From assembly GCA_020853215.1 (NCBI GenBank), contig JADYZH010000094.1:10976-74975 (forward strand): a stretch of 64,000 nt of DNA, written 5' to 3'. The notes under the pieces were generated by a model. It was given only the letters and a program-made list of their open reading frames with translations, was not told where the DNA came from and made no database searches. The DNA comes from Sulfuritalea sp. Its GTDB lineage: Bacteria > Pseudomonadota > Gammaproteobacteria > Burkholderiales > Rhodocyclaceae. Every line of letters begins with the position of its first letter. Position 1 is the first letter of the stretch. Made by a program: the position numbers and the translations under genes. This document shows positions 19,621 to 29,668 of the stretch, piece by piece.

Positions 19621-20517
19621 ATGAGCCATACCATGTCTCTTGACCAGTTGCCCATGCTCGCCGCCAGCGGCAGCATCGAGGCCTACATTTCGGCCGCAAA
19701 TCGCGTACCGATGCTGAGCGAGCTTGAAGAGCAGACGCTTGCCCGTCGTTTTCGCGACGAGGAGGATCTGGACGCCGCCCGCCAGCTGGTTACATCCCAC
19801 CTGCGTCTGGTGATCGCGATCGCGCGCGGCTATCTGGGTTATGGCTTGCCGCATGCGGATTTGATCCAGGAAGGCAACATCGGGCTGATGAAGGCCGTGA
19901 AACGCTTCGACCCCGATCGCGGCGTGCGTCTGGTGTCGTTCGCCATGCACTGGATCAAGGCCGAGATCCACGAATACATCCTGAAGAACTGGCGCCTGGT
20001 CAAGATCGCTACCACCAAGGCGCAGCGCAAGCTGTTCTTCAATCTGCGCAGCATCAAGGCGGCCCTTGCCCAGGACGCGGATTCGCGCCAGGGCTTCAAT
20101 ACGCTGGGCGCCGAGGAAGTGACCGCAGTGGCAAAGCGGCTTGACGTCAAGCCGGAAGAAGTCATCGAAATGGAAACCCGCCTCACCGGCGCCGACGTTT
20201 CGCTGGAACCGCTGACGGACGATGACGAGGACAGCTATGCGCCGATTGCCTACCTGGCCGCGGACCGCAGCAGCGAACCCTTGGCCCTGCTCGAACGCAA
20301 GGAGTACGACCGCCTGCAGGACGAGGGCCTGAGTGCGGCGCTGGCCAGCCTCGACGAGCGCAGCCGTACCATCGTGCAGCGGCGCTGGCTGGTGGCCGAC
20401 GGCGAAGAGGCGGCGACACTGCATGAACTGGCGGCCGAGTATGGCGTATCTGCAGAGCGCATCCGCCAGATTGAAGTCAAGGCCATGCAGAAGATGAAGG
20501 ACAAACTCGCGGCATAG
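19621..20517 (+). CDS. rpoH: RNA polymerase sigma-32 factor
   Basis: DLIQEGNIGLMKAV, RpoH box QRKLFFNLR, SAERIRQIE. Confidence 0.97.
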   Translation: MSHTMSLDQLPMLAASGSIEAYISAANRVPMLSELEEQTLARRFRDEEDLDAARQLVTSHLRLVIAIARGYLGYGLPHADLIQEGNIGLMKAVKRFDPDRGVRLVSFAMHWIKAEIHEYILKNWRLVKIATTKAQRKLFFNLRSIKAALAQDADSRQGFNTLGAEEVTAVAKRLDVKPEEVIEMETRLTGADVSLEPLTDDDEDSYAPIAYLAADRSSEPLALLERKEYDRLQDEGLSAALASLDERSRTIVQRRWLVADGEEAATLHELAAEYGVSAERIRQIEVKAMQKMKDKLAA

Positions 20518-20547
20518 ACGTCCCCCCGGCGCCCCCCGTCAAAACGA

Positions 20548-20579
20548 AAAGGGTAGCCCGCGACAAGCGGCTACCCTTT
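20548..20579. terminator. Bidirectional rho-independent terminator between convergent rpoH and cyoE
   Basis: AAAGGGTAGCC...GGCTACCCTTT stem. Confidence 0.8.
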
Positions 20580-20604
20580 GTCTTTGTGCTGCGTGCTACC
20601 CGCT

Positions 20605-21504
20605 TTACCAGACCGGTAGGTAGTGATCAACCAAAAGCACAGCAAACAACAGTGCGAGATACAGGATCGACCAGCGGAAAGTGATGCGCGCCACGGCATC
20701 GGAATAGTCTTTCCAGATCAGCCATGCGTAGCCGAGGAAAATCGTGTCGAGCAGCACCGCTGCGGTCAGATAGAACCAGCCTGACATCCCGATTGCGTAA
20801 GGCACGAGGGTAATCAGCGTCAGGCCGACGGTGTAGAAGAACACGTGGCGCCTGGTATATTCAGCGCCATGGGTCACCGGTAGCATCGGCAGGCCGGCTG
20901 CGGCGTATTCCTTGGTCCGGTAAAGCGCCAGCGACCAGAAATGCGGCGGCGTCCACACGAAAATGATCAGGAACAGCAGCCAGGCTTCGCCCGGCGCCTC
21001 GCCGGTCACGGCCGCCCAGCCGAGCACCGGCGGCATGGCGCCGGAGGCGCCGCCGATGACGATGTTCTGCGAGGTGTTGGGCTTGAGGAAGATCGTGTAG
21101 ATCACCGCATAGCCGACGAAGGTAGCGAAGGTCAGCCACATGGTAAAGGGATTCACCCAAGTGTAAAGCAGGAACAGACCGGTCCCGCCGATCAGGCCGG
21201 AAAACAGCAGGGTCTGCAGCGAATTCACCTCGCCCAGAGGCAGGGGCCGGCCACGGGTGCGGGCCATTAGGGCATCGATCTTCTGCTCGATCAGGCAGTT
21301 CGCCGCCGCCGCCGCGCCGGCGACCAGCGCGATGCCCAGCGTGCCGGCAATCAATATGCGCCAAGGCACCATGCCGGGCACCGCGAGGAACATGCCGATC
21401 ACCGCGCAAAACACGATCAACGATACCACGCGCGGCTTGGTCAGCTGGAAATAGTGGCGCAGGCGGTCCGAGCCAGTTTGCAGTTTAAGTGTAGTGGATT
21501 TCAT
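20605..21504 (-). CDS. cyoE: Protoheme IX farnesyltransferase (heme O synthase)
   Basis: [37 protein letters not shown]. Confidence 0.96.
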   Translation of the reverse strand: MKSTTLKLQTGSDRLRHYFQLTKPRVVSLIVFCAVIGMFLAVPGMVPWRILIAGTLGIALVAGAAAAANCLIEQKIDALMARTRGRPLPLGEVNSLQTLLFSGLIGGTGLFLLYTWVNPFTMWLTFATFVGYAVIYTIFLKPNTSQNIVIGGASGAMPPVLGWAAVTGEAPGEAWLLFLIIFVWTPPHFWSLALYRTKEYAAAGLPMLPVTHGAEYTRRHVFFYTVGLTLITLVPYAIGMSGWFYLTAAVLLDTIFLGYAWLIWKDYSDAVARITFRWSILYLALLFAVLLVDHYLPVW

Positions 21505-21643
21505 GCTTGAGGAATGAACGGTTGAAGCCGGAATCAGGTCAGGAGTTTAGCACGCGTCCCGAGTTCGAATTTCGCGGGTAACCCCACTTGAAGCGCCCAA
21601 TGTTCACGGGTAGAAGATTGCGTTTCGTTGGCCATTTGCGCAG

Positions 21644-22261
21644 TCAGAACTTGATCAGCTTGCCGAGTTCGCGAATGAAGGCTTTCGGCTCGGGATCGTC
21701 GGCGTAACGGAAAACCAGCAGGCCGCGCCGGTCGACCAGATTGATGTAACGGCGCTCGCTCCCTCCCAGGAACTGAAGCACCTTGCCATCCGTCGCCTTG
21801 ATCACGACCAGGTCCGGGTGCGCCGCCATAAGGTCCGCAGCCGGTACCACTGCATCGGTGATCAGCCAAAGGCGATCGATGCGCGCCATGTTGCGCCCCT
21901 GCGCCGTGCGCGCCTGGCGCGTCAGGTAAAGCGCATGCTGGCAGCGCTCGTCGCAAGCGCCCGGCGCCGCCAGGATGACCAGCCACTTGCCGCTGACTTC
22001 GGTGTGCTCCAGCATCGCCCCGTCGGCACGCCGCAGGAGTTCAAACGGCAGGCGTACCGGGTCAAGCGGTTGGCCGACCGTGGCCTTGACCTCGGGCGGC
22101 GAGACATAGCGGAAATACAAGGCGGCAAGAAGCGGCAGTACGCCAATCACAACGATGGCCAGCACTACCAATCGGCCCTTGAGGTGACCGCGCGGCGCTG
22201 CCGCTGGTATCACGAGGGGCGGGTTCGCAGTTTCGATCCCAATGCGCCTGTCTTCTGTCAT
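21644..22261 (-). CDS. Cytochrome oxidase-associated membrane protein with thioredoxin/SCO-like CxxxC
   Basis: One TM helix, ACDERC..ALY..RQ.R..QGR...R; conserved position after SURF1. Confidence 0.8.
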   Translation of the reverse strand: MTEDRRIGIETANPPLVIPAAAPRGHLKGRLVVLAIVVIGVLPLLAALYFRYVSPPEVKATVGQPLDPVRLPFELLRRADGAMLEHTEVSGKWLVILAAPGACDERCQHALYLTRQARTAQGRNMARIDRLWLITDAVVPAADLMAAHPDLVVIKATDGKVLQFLGGSERRYINLVDRRGLLVFRYADDPEPKAFIRELGKLIKF

Positions 22262-22956
22262 TTCTTTCGCCATGCAAAGAGCCCATAGGCGGAGGCCATC
22301 AGGGCAAAAATCAGCCACATCGCCATGTAGCCATGATGCTTGGCCGCCGGATTCTGCGCGGAGCCCCAGTCCCGGATCAAACCGTCGCCCTCGGCATCCG
22401 TTTGCAACAAAATCACCGGCAATGCGTCAAGGCTGCTATGCCTTCGGTAGTCCGCTTCACGCACATGCTGCCAGATGGCCCCCTGCGGCAGGGTTCCCTT
22501 CAACTCGAAGATCCGCGTCTCGAAGCTGCGGATCACCCCGGAGACCTCGACCTCGCCAGTCGCCGTCGGAACCGTCGGAACTTCGGAACGCAATCGCGGG
22601 GCGGCAATCCAGCCGCGATTCACCAACACGACAACTTCACTGCCGGACAATTGCAGAGGAGTGAGCACATGATAACCGGGGCGACTGCGATGGATCTTGT
22701 TGTCCACAAACAGGGTCTTCTCCGCGCGCCAGCGCCCGCGTGCAGTTGCCGCCCGGTCGAGCAGCTTCTCGCGTTCGCGCTGCTGCGGCGAAAGGTTCAC
22801 CGGTGTCGAGAGAAATGCCGCCTGCTCACGCTCGAAACGCTCGCCCCGGGTTGCGGCCCGCCAGTATTGCAGGACGGCCATTGCGAGGCAGGTCAGAACC
22901 AGCAGGAGGATAAGAACCGGGCGCAGATAGGTGCGATGGCTGGAAAAAATCGGCAT
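22258..22956 (-). CDS. SURF1 family cytochrome oxidase biogenesis protein
   Basis: GYHVLTPL, VLVNRGWI, H.GY...W. Confidence 0.92.
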   Translation of the reverse strand: MPIFSSHRTYLRPVLILLLVLTCLAMAVLQYWRAATRGERFEREQAAFLSTPVNLSPQQREREKLLDRAATARGRWRAEKTLFVDNKIHRSRPGYHVLTPLQLSGSEVVVLVNRGWIAAPRLRSEVPTVPTATGEVEVSGVIRSFETRIFELKGTLPQGAIWQHVREADYRRHSSLDALPVILLQTDAEGDGLIRDWGSAQNPAAKHHGYMAMWLIFALMASAYGLFAWRKK

Positions 22957-23038
22957 TGGCGGAAGGGTAGGCCCGGGTGGGGATCGACTGCGAACCGCGG
23001 GTCAGCTAGACTTCGCGCATTCCTCGAAAGGAAACGCC

Positions 23039-23236
23039 ATGCGCGTCTTCGTCGTACTGATGTTGATCGCCATCATTGCTAGCCTAGGCAGTGCCTTGGT
23101 ATTCGTCTATCGCGACCGGGAGCAGGACAAGAGCAGGGTAGTCAAGGCGCTGACCGTGCGCGTGGCCCTTTCCCTCGTCCTCTTCCTGCTGTTGATGGCT
23201 GCCTACCTGTTTGGCTGGATAGGCGACCGTCTCTGA
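23039..23236 (+). CDS. Twin-transmembrane-helix small protein (DUF2909-like)
   Basis: MRVFVVLMLIAIIASLGSAL...VKALTVRVALS; conserved antisense position in cox clusters. Confidence 0.88.
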   Translation: MRVFVVLMLIAIIASLGSALVFVYRDREQDKSRVVKALTVRVALSLVLFLLLMAAYLFGWIGDRL

Positions 23237-23279
23237 TTCAGGGCTTCGCGGCGCACTTGGCATGCGCCAGCGCCGTAGC

Positions 23280-24134
23280 CTACAGCCAATAGATAACTAC
23301 GAAAAGGCCGAGCCAGACCACGTCCACGAAGTGCCAGTACCAAGCCACCGCCTCGAAGGCGAAATGGCGCTCGGCGGTAAAGTGGCCCTTCATCGCACGT
23401 AGCAGAATCACGATCAGCATCGTCGCCCCGAGCGTCACGTGAAAACCGTGAAAACCGGTCAGCATGTAGAAAGTCGAGCCGTAGACTCCGGTGGTCATCT
23501 TGAGATTCATTTTGCCGTAGGCCAAGGCGTATTCGTAGGCCTGCAGACCGACGAAAAGGAGGCCGAGAGCAACGGTCAGGGCCAGACCGACGATCAATTG
23601 CTGCCGCTTGTTGGCGATCAATCCCCAGTGCGCCCAGGTCACCGTGACCCCCGAACTCAGCAGCAACAGGGTGTTGAAGGCCGGAATCCCCCAGGCGTGC
23701 ATCGGCGTAAAGGAATCCTTGGCCGCCGGTCCCGCAGTTGGCCACACGTCCTTGAATCCATTCCAAAGCGCCGCCTGGTCGGGACTGGCGATTTCCGGCA
23801 CCGACAGCACACGAATGTAAAACAGGGCGCCGAAAAATGCTGCGAAGAACATGACCTCAGAAAAAATGAACCAAGCCATCGCCCAGCGGAACGAGCGATC
23901 GACCTGCAAGTTGTAACTGCCGCCCTCGGATTCGTCGATGACGCGGCCAAACCAGCCGAACAGCATGTACACCATTACGGCAAAGCCGGCCGCCAGCAGC
24001 AAACCCCCGCCGGTAATGGAATTGAACGTCAGCACCGCGCCGCCCGCCAGCAGAAGCAGGGCCACAGAGCCGACCAGCGGGAAATACGACGGATCGGGAA
24101 CGAAATAGCGGTTTGTGGATGCGGGATGACTCAT
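23280..24134 (-). CDS. coxC: Cytochrome c oxidase subunit III
   Basis: FIFSEVMFF, TGFHGFHV, WYWHFVDVVW. Confidence 0.97.
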   Translation of the reverse strand: MSHPASTNRYFVPDPSYFPLVGSVALLLLAGGAVLTFNSITGGGLLLAAGFAVMVYMLFGWFGRVIDESEGGSYNLQVDRSFRWAMAWFIFSEVMFFAAFFGALFYIRVLSVPEIASPDQAALWNGFKDVWPTAGPAAKDSFTPMHAWGIPAFNTLLLLSSGVTVTWAHWGLIANKRQQLIVGLALTVALGLLFVGLQAYEYALAYGKMNLKMTTGVYGSTFYMLTGFHGFHVTLGATMLIVILLRAMKGHFTAERHFAFEAVAWYWHFVDVVWLGLFVVIYWL

Positions 24135-24196
24135 CTTGACCTCCTCGAAATCATTTTGTCGTTATTTCCCAATCGCCCTGTCCATGCGTCGGCTTG

Positions 24197-24403
24197 CTAC
24201 TGGCTGATATTGATCGCCACCGTTACCAGCGTGAGCACGAAGACCAGCATGAAAACCAGCGCCGCGATCAGAATCTGCAGCGGCGAAAGGGGCGGCCCAT
24301 CCTTTTCCGACGACTTGTACCCGCGCACGCCGAACAGGCCCCAGGCCACCGTGCGCAGGGTGCTCAGCAGTCTGCCCTTGGGCGGGGAGGTCGGCCGGGG
24401 CAT
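24197..24403 (-). CDS. DUF2970-family small membrane protein
   Basis: VAWGLFGVRG...D...LSPLQIL plus TM helix; lies between ctaG and coxC. Confidence 0.85.
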   Translation of the reverse strand: MPRPTSPPKGRLLSTLRTVAWGLFGVRGYKSSEKDGPPLSPLQILIAALVFMLVFVLTLVTVAINISQ

Positions 24404-24406
24404 TGC

Positions 24407-25006
24407 TCACAACCGGCTTTCCGAAAGGCTTGCGGAAGAGGTTACGCTGCCAGCCGGCACTTCGAAAAAGGTGTAGGACAGCGTGACCGTGTTCACCTCG
24501 TCGGGCAGGGTCTTATCCAGCACGAAGACCACGGGCATCTCGCGCACCTCGTTAGGAGCAAAGGTCTGCTGCTTGAAGCAGAAACAGTCCAGCTTTTTTA
24601 CGTAGCCGCCTGCATGCTGCGGCCCGTAGCTGGGAACCGCTTGGCCGATCACAGTGGTGTTGCGCGTATTTTCAACCCGATACGTCACGTGCACGATGTC
24701 GCCTGTCTTGACCGCAAGGCTGGTGGTCTCGGGCCGGAAACGCAAGCCATTGTCATGACTGTTGGCATCGAACTCCAGAGTCACCGGCCGTGCCGGCAAC
24801 GCCGACGCGGCGGCCCGCTGCGCGCGATCGATGTCGTAGAGGCCGGTCCATTCGCAAAAAGCCTTGTACAGGCTTGGCTGGGCGGCAACGAACAACAGGC
24901 TGCCGGCCATCACCGCCAGCAGCCGGACAACGATGCACCGGTTGCAGTAGCTCCGGGCCGACGGGCTGGCGGCAGCCGCTCCGGCCGGTACGAGGTCAGG
25001 TTTCAC
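24407..25006 (-). CDS. ctaG: Cytochrome c oxidase copper chaperone CtaG/Cox11
   Basis: LY..FCEWTG, GQAVPSY.P, CFCF, TLSYTFF; GTG start inferred at 25006. Confidence 0.93.
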   Translation of the reverse strand: MKPDLVPAGAAAASPSARSYCNRCIVVRLLAVMAGSLLFVAAQPSLYKAFCEWTGLYDIDRAQRAAASALPARPVTLEFDANSHDNGLRFRPETTSLAVKTGDIVHVTYRVENTRNTTVIGQAVPSYGPQHAGGYVKKLDCFCFKQQTFAPNEVREMPVVFVLDKTLPDEVNTVTLSYTFFEVPAGSVTSSASLSESRL

Positions 25007-25119
25007 GCCCCGCCCATCCACTGGCGCAGGACGTAACTCAGGAAAACCGCGGCGGCAAAAACCGCCAGACCGATACCGATGCGGCGGTTCGACTGCTGGC
25101 GCGTGATGCTTGCGCTCAT
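25003..25119 (-). CDS. Cytochrome oxidase small assembly protein (38 aa, below the ORF-track cutoff)
   Basis: MSASITRQQSNRRIGIGLAVFAAAVFLSYVLRQWMGGA*; ATGA overlap with the coxA stop and GTGA overlap with the ctaG start. Confidence 0.85.
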   Translation of the reverse strand: MSASITRQQSNRRIGIGLAVFAAAVFLSYVLRQWMGGA

Positions 25120-26732
25120 CCGTGCGCCCTGTCCGGATCAAACGGAGGAGGATCTTCGAAGGTATGGTGCGGCGCCGGCGAAGGCACGGTCCACTCCAGT
25201 CCGTGCGCGCCATCCCAGGGCTTGGCATCCGCCTTGGCGCCGCCCTTCATCGCCTTGAAAACAATCAGCAGAACCAGCAACTGGCTGAAACCGAAGCCAA
25301 AGGAGCCCAAGCTTGAAATCATGTTGAAATCGGCAAACTGCTGGGCATAGTCGGGAATCCGTCGCGGCATACCGGCGAGGCCAAGGAAGTGCTGCGGGAA
25401 GAAGGCGATGTTGAAGAAGACTATTGACAGCCAGAAGTGCAGCTTACCCAGACCCTCGTGGTACATGTAGCCGGTCCATTTCGGAAGCCAGTAGTAAAGG
25501 CCAGCGTAGGCCGAGAACAGAGCCCCGGCGACCATCACGTAGTGGAAGTGCGCCACCACGTAATAGGTATCCTGCAACTGGATATCGACCGCAGTCATCG
25601 CCAGCACCAGGCCGGTGAGCCCGCCGATGGTAAATAGCACGAGGAAACCCAGGGCGAACAGCATCGGCGTCTCGAAACTCAGGGAGCCGCGCCACATGGT
25701 CGTGACCCAGTTGAAGACCTTGACCCCGGTCGGGATCGCGATCAGCATGGTCGCATACATGAAGTAAAGCTGGCCGGTCAGCGGGATGCCCGTCACGTAC
25801 ATGTGGTGGGCCCAGACGAAGAAGGAAATCAGCCCGATCGCGGCGATGGCATACACCATCGAGTCATAGCCAAAAAGGCGCTTGCGCGAAAACGCCGGGA
25901 TCACATGGGAAACCACGCCGAAGGCCGGCAAGGCAATGATATACACCTCGGGGTGGCCGAAAAACCAGAAGATGTGCTGGAACAGCACCGGGTCGCCGCC
26001 GCCAGCGGCATTGAAGAAGCTGGTGCCGAAATGGCGGTCGGTGAGCAGCATGGTCACCGCACCGGCCAAAATTGGCATCGAGGCGATCAGCAGGAAGGCG
26101 GTCACCAGCCAGGTCCAGCAGAACAGCGGCATCTTCATCAGTGTCATGCCGGGCGTGCGCATGTTGAGGATGGTGGTGATGATGTTGATCGATCCCATGA
26201 TCGAAGACATGCCGAGGATATGCACGGCAAATATCGCCATGTCCATGCCGATGCCCATCTGAACCGACAGCGGCGGATACAGGGTCCAGCCGGTGCCGGC
26301 GGCGCCGCCGGGCGCGAAAAGTGAAGCGGTAAGCAGAATGGCAGCGGGTGGCAGCAGCCAGAAACTCCAGTTGTTCATCCGCGCGAAGGCCATATCGGGG
26401 GCCCCGATCATCAGCGGGATCATCCAGTTGGCGAAACCGACGAAGGCCGGCATGATCGCGCCGAACACCATGATCAGCGCATGCAGCGTCAGCATCTGGT
26501 TGTAGTACTCCGGGGATACGAATTGCAGTCCGGGCGAGAGCAGTTCGGCGCGGATGATCAGCGACATCGCGCCGCCAACGAGAAACATCGCGAAGCTGAA
26601 CCACAGATACATGGTTCCGATGTCCTTGTGGTTGGTGGTCGTGATCCAACGCATGATCCCGGTCGGACCGTGGCCGTGGCTTCCGTGGCCGAGGTCACCG
26701 GCGTGAGCGGCGTGTTCTGTGGCTTGCATCAT
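25116..26732 (-). CDS. coxA: Cytochrome c oxidase subunit I (type A1)
   Basis: TTNHKDIG, WFFGHPEVY, WAHH, AHFHYV. Confidence 0.98.
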   Translation of the reverse strand: MMQATEHAAHAGDLGHGSHGHGPTGIMRWITTTNHKDIGTMYLWFSFAMFLVGGAMSLIIRAELLSPGLQFVSPEYYNQMLTLHALIMVFGAIMPAFVGFANWMIPLMIGAPDMAFARMNNWSFWLLPPAAILLTASLFAPGGAAGTGWTLYPPLSVQMGIGMDMAIFAVHILGMSSIMGSINIITTILNMRTPGMTLMKMPLFCWTWLVTAFLLIASMPILAGAVTMLLTDRHFGTSFFNAAGGGDPVLFQHIFWFFGHPEVYIIALPAFGVVSHVIPAFSRKRLFGYDSMVYAIAAIGLISFFVWAHHMYVTGIPLTGQLYFMYATMLIAIPTGVKVFNWVTTMWRGSLSFETPMLFALGFLVLFTIGGLTGLVLAMTAVDIQLQDTYYVVAHFHYVMVAGALFSAYAGLYYWLPKWTGYMYHEGLGKLHFWLSIVFFNIAFFPQHFLGLAGMPRRIPDYAQQFADFNMISSLGSFGFGFSQLLVLLIVFKAMKGGAKADAKPWDGAHGLEWTVPSPAPHHTFEDPPPFDPDRAHG

Positions 26733-26760
26733 CAGATTCTCCTGAGGGCCGTTGGCGCGA

Positions 26761-27930
26761 TCACTTGCCGCGCAGTGCCTTGACTTCGGCAGGCTGGACC
26801 AGTTCGCCGAGCTTGTTGGACCAGGCGTTGCGTTCGTAGGCCACGACGGCCGCTATCTCGGTGTCATTCAACTGCGCTGCGTAGGCCGCCATTGCGGTGC
26901 CCGGTTTGCCATTGAGGACGATATCGATGTGGACGGCCTTCGGCCCCTTGGCGATCTTCGAACCATCGAGTGCAGGGAAGGCCGGCGGCAGACCCGCTCC
27001 GTCCGGCTGGTGACAGGCGGCGCAGTTGGTCGCGTACAGCTTTTCGCCGCGGGCCATCAGTTCGTCCATCTTCCATACCTTGGCGGGATCGTCGGCGCTG
27101 GCGGCCATGGCCTTCTTTTGCTCGGCAACCCAGGCGGCGTACTTTTCGGCGGAGACCACTTCGACCACCACCGGCATGAAGCCGTGGTCCTTGCCGCACA
27201 GTTCGGAACACTGGCCGCGGTAGATGCCTTCCTTCTCGGCACGGAACCAGGTGTCACGCAGGAAGCCGGGAACCGCATCCACCTTGACGGCGAAGGCCGG
27301 TACCGACCAATTGTGGATCACGTCCGAAGCCGTGGTCAGGACGCGCACCTTTTTGCCGACCGGTACCACCATCGGTCGGTCGACCTCGAGCAGGTAGTTC
27401 TCGCCCTTGGGCGCCTTGTTCTCGATCTGGTCGCGCGGGGTGGACAGGACGCTCATGAACTTGACTCCGGCGGCGTCTCCGGTGACGTACTCGTAACCCC
27501 ATTTCCATTGGTAGCCGGTGGCCTTGATCGTCAGATCGGGCTGGGACGTGTCGCGCATCTCGACCAGTGCCTTCGTCGCAGGGAAGGCGATGGCGATCAA
27601 GATCAGCGTCGGCACGATGGTCCAGGCGATTTCAACTGTCGTGTTGTCGTGAAAATCGGCGGCCTTGTAGCCTTTTGACTTGCGATGAAAGATGATGGAC
27701 CAGGCAACGACCGAGAAAACACCGACGAAAATGATGAATATGACCCAGGTCAGAAGAGTGTGCAGGTCATAGACGCGGCGCGCCAAGGCGGTAACGGGCA
27801 ACTGCAGGTTGAGTTCCCAGGCGGCATTCGCGACGTTGCTGAACATGCCGAGCAACCCCGTCAGCAGCAGCCCCGCGCAACGGAACCGCGAAAGTCCGAC
27901 GTCGCCATCGTTGTTTGATTGTCGTGCCAT
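26761..27930 (-). CDS. coxB: Cytochrome c oxidase subunit II with C-terminal cytochrome c
   Basis: DVIH, CuA motif CSELCGKDHGFM, heme motif CAACH; start uncertain. Confidence 0.95.
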   Translation of the reverse strand: MARQSNNDGDVGLSRFRCAGLLLTGLLGMFSNVANAAWELNLQLPVTALARRVYDLHTLLTWVIFIIFVGVFSVVAWSIIFHRKSKGYKAADFHDNTTVEIAWTIVPTLILIAIAFPATKALVEMRDTSQPDLTIKATGYQWKWGYEYVTGDAAGVKFMSVLSTPRDQIENKAPKGENYLLEVDRPMVVPVGKKVRVLTTASDVIHNWSVPAFAVKVDAVPGFLRDTWFRAEKEGIYRGQCSELCGKDHGFMPVVVEVVSAEKYAAWVAEQKKAMAASADDPAKVWKMDELMARGEKLYATNCAACHQPDGAGLPPAFPALDGSKIAKGPKAVHIDIVLNGKPGTAMAAYAAQLNDTEIAAVVAYERNAWSNKLGELVQPAEVKALRGK

Positions 27931-28069
27931 CTCTTCCCCCTGGCGCCAGTTGCACGCCGCCCGGCACGGCGTTGGCGCGGCTTCCTGACGTATCCCTGTT
28001 TCTGCCCAAAAGGGTCCACACGGACCCCGTTCCAGATTCTCAACAGGCGCGAAGGTTAACACAGTCCCT

Positions 28070-28083
28070 TTGATCTGGATCAA
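28070..28083. promoter_or_regulatory. FNR/ANR/DNR box upstream of coxB
   Basis: Perfect TTGAT-CTGG-ATCAA. Confidence 0.85.
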
Positions 28084-28227
28084 TTTAGATGTGAAATTAT
28101 TCGTATAAGCGATGTGCATTGCACAATCAGCTTGCATGCCCCCCCTGCCCGCTTTCACGCGGGAATATGGCTGGGGCGGGAGGGGCGCAACGGAGGCGGA
28201 TCGGGGATTCCCCCGAAACGGGACGCA

Positions 28228-29577
28228 TCAGGCTGCCAGCGCGGCCAGCAGCTTTTCATGGACTCCGCCGAAGCCCCCGTTGCTCATCACCAGGACATGG
28301 TCCCCGAAATGCGCCGCTGCGACCACGGCGGCGACCAGCTCGTCCAGGCCGGCGAAAACCAGCGCCCGTTCGCCCAACGGTGCCAAAACCTGCGCGGCAT
28401 CCCATCCCAGTTTGTCGGCGTAACAAAAAACCGTGTCGGCCGCGACCAGGCTGCCGGGCAATTGTTGGTTCATCACTCCAAGTTTCATGGTGTTGGAACG
28501 CGGCTCCAGTACAGCCAGAATGCGGGCAGACCCAATTTTCTGGCGCAAGCCTTCCAGCGTGAGGCGAATCGCCGTCGGGTGGTGGGCAAAGTCGTCGAGG
28601 ACGGTCACTCCGCGCACGGTGCCGCGCGCTTCCAGCCGACGCTTGATGCCTTTAAAGCTTTCCAGCGCCTTTATGCCGACCGCGACCGGGACGCCGGCAT
28701 GCCTTGCGGCGGCCAGTGCCGCCACGGCGTTGGCGCGATTATGGGCACCCGCCAGGTCGAAACGGTTCACCCGGCCTTCGGACTTTCCGGCCAGGCTGAC
28801 GTCAAAGCCGCCCGACACATCGGACTCGCCGGCCTGCCAGCCCTCCGTGCCGTTGAACCATTCAACGGGAGTCCAGCAGCCGCATGCCAGAACGGTACGC
28901 AGCGACGTCTCCCGGGCGTTCGCGACAATCAATCCATTGCCCGGCAAGATTCTCACCAAATGATGAAATTGCCGCTCGATAGAAGCAAGATCGTCGAAGA
29001 TATCCGCATGATCAAACTCCAGGTTGTTCAGAATCACCGTCCGTGGCTGGTAGTGCACAAACTTGGAACGCTTGTCGCAGAAAGCCGTGTCGTACTCGTC
29101 GGCCTCGATGACGAAGAAGGGGGAATCGGTCAGGCGCGCGGAAACGCCAAAGCCTTGCGGCACTCCACCCACCAGAAAGGAAGGATTCAAGCCGGCCTCG
29201 TCCAGAATCCATGCCAGGAGCGACGTAGTGGTCGTCTTGCCGTGTGTTCCGGCAACACCAAGCACCCAGCGGCCGCGCAGAATATTCTCGGCCAGCCATT
29301 GCGGACCGGAAACATAGGGCAGATTTCGTTCGAGAATGGATTCCAGCAAGGGGTTACCGCGTGAAATCGCGTTGCCGACAACGAATAGGTCGGGGTTCAG
29401 CGCAATCTGATCGGAGCCATAACCCTTGATCAGGTCGATGCCCTGTGCGCCGAGCTGGGTGCTCATCGGCGGATAAACATTGGCGTCGCAGCCGGTGACG
29501 CGATGTCCCGCGGCACGTGCGAGCACAGCAATGCCACCCATGAAGGTGCCGCAGATGCCGAGGATGTGGATATGCAT
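28228..29577 (-). CDS. mpl: UDP-MurNAc:L-Ala-gamma-D-Glu-meso-DAP ligase
   Basis: MHIHILGICGTFMGG, GTHGKTTT, EADEYDTAF, DDFAHHP, EPRSNTM. Confidence 0.98.
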   Translation of the reverse strand: MHIHILGICGTFMGGIAVLARAAGHRVTGCDANVYPPMSTQLGAQGIDLIKGYGSDQIALNPDLFVVGNAISRGNPLLESILERNLPYVSGPQWLAENILRGRWVLGVAGTHGKTTTTSLLAWILDEAGLNPSFLVGGVPQGFGVSARLTDSPFFVIEADEYDTAFCDKRSKFVHYQPRTVILNNLEFDHADIFDDLASIERQFHHLVRILPGNGLIVANARETSLRTVLACGCWTPVEWFNGTEGWQAGESDVSGGFDVSLAGKSEGRVNRFDLAGAHNRANAVAALAAARHAGVPVAVGIKALESFKGIKRRLEARGTVRGVTVLDDFAHHPTAIRLTLEGLRQKIGSARILAVLEPRSNTMKLGVMNQQLPGSLVAADTVFCYADKLGWDAAQVLAPLGERALVFAGLDELVAAVVAAAHFGDHVLVMSNGGFGGVHEKLLAALAA

Positions 29578-29668
29578 GTCGCGCTCTTTGGCTTGAATGA
29601 TGGAATAATGGGACGGATTCTATCCCGCCAGGGAATACCGCCCGCCAGCCGGATTTTCCCACCTCGCC

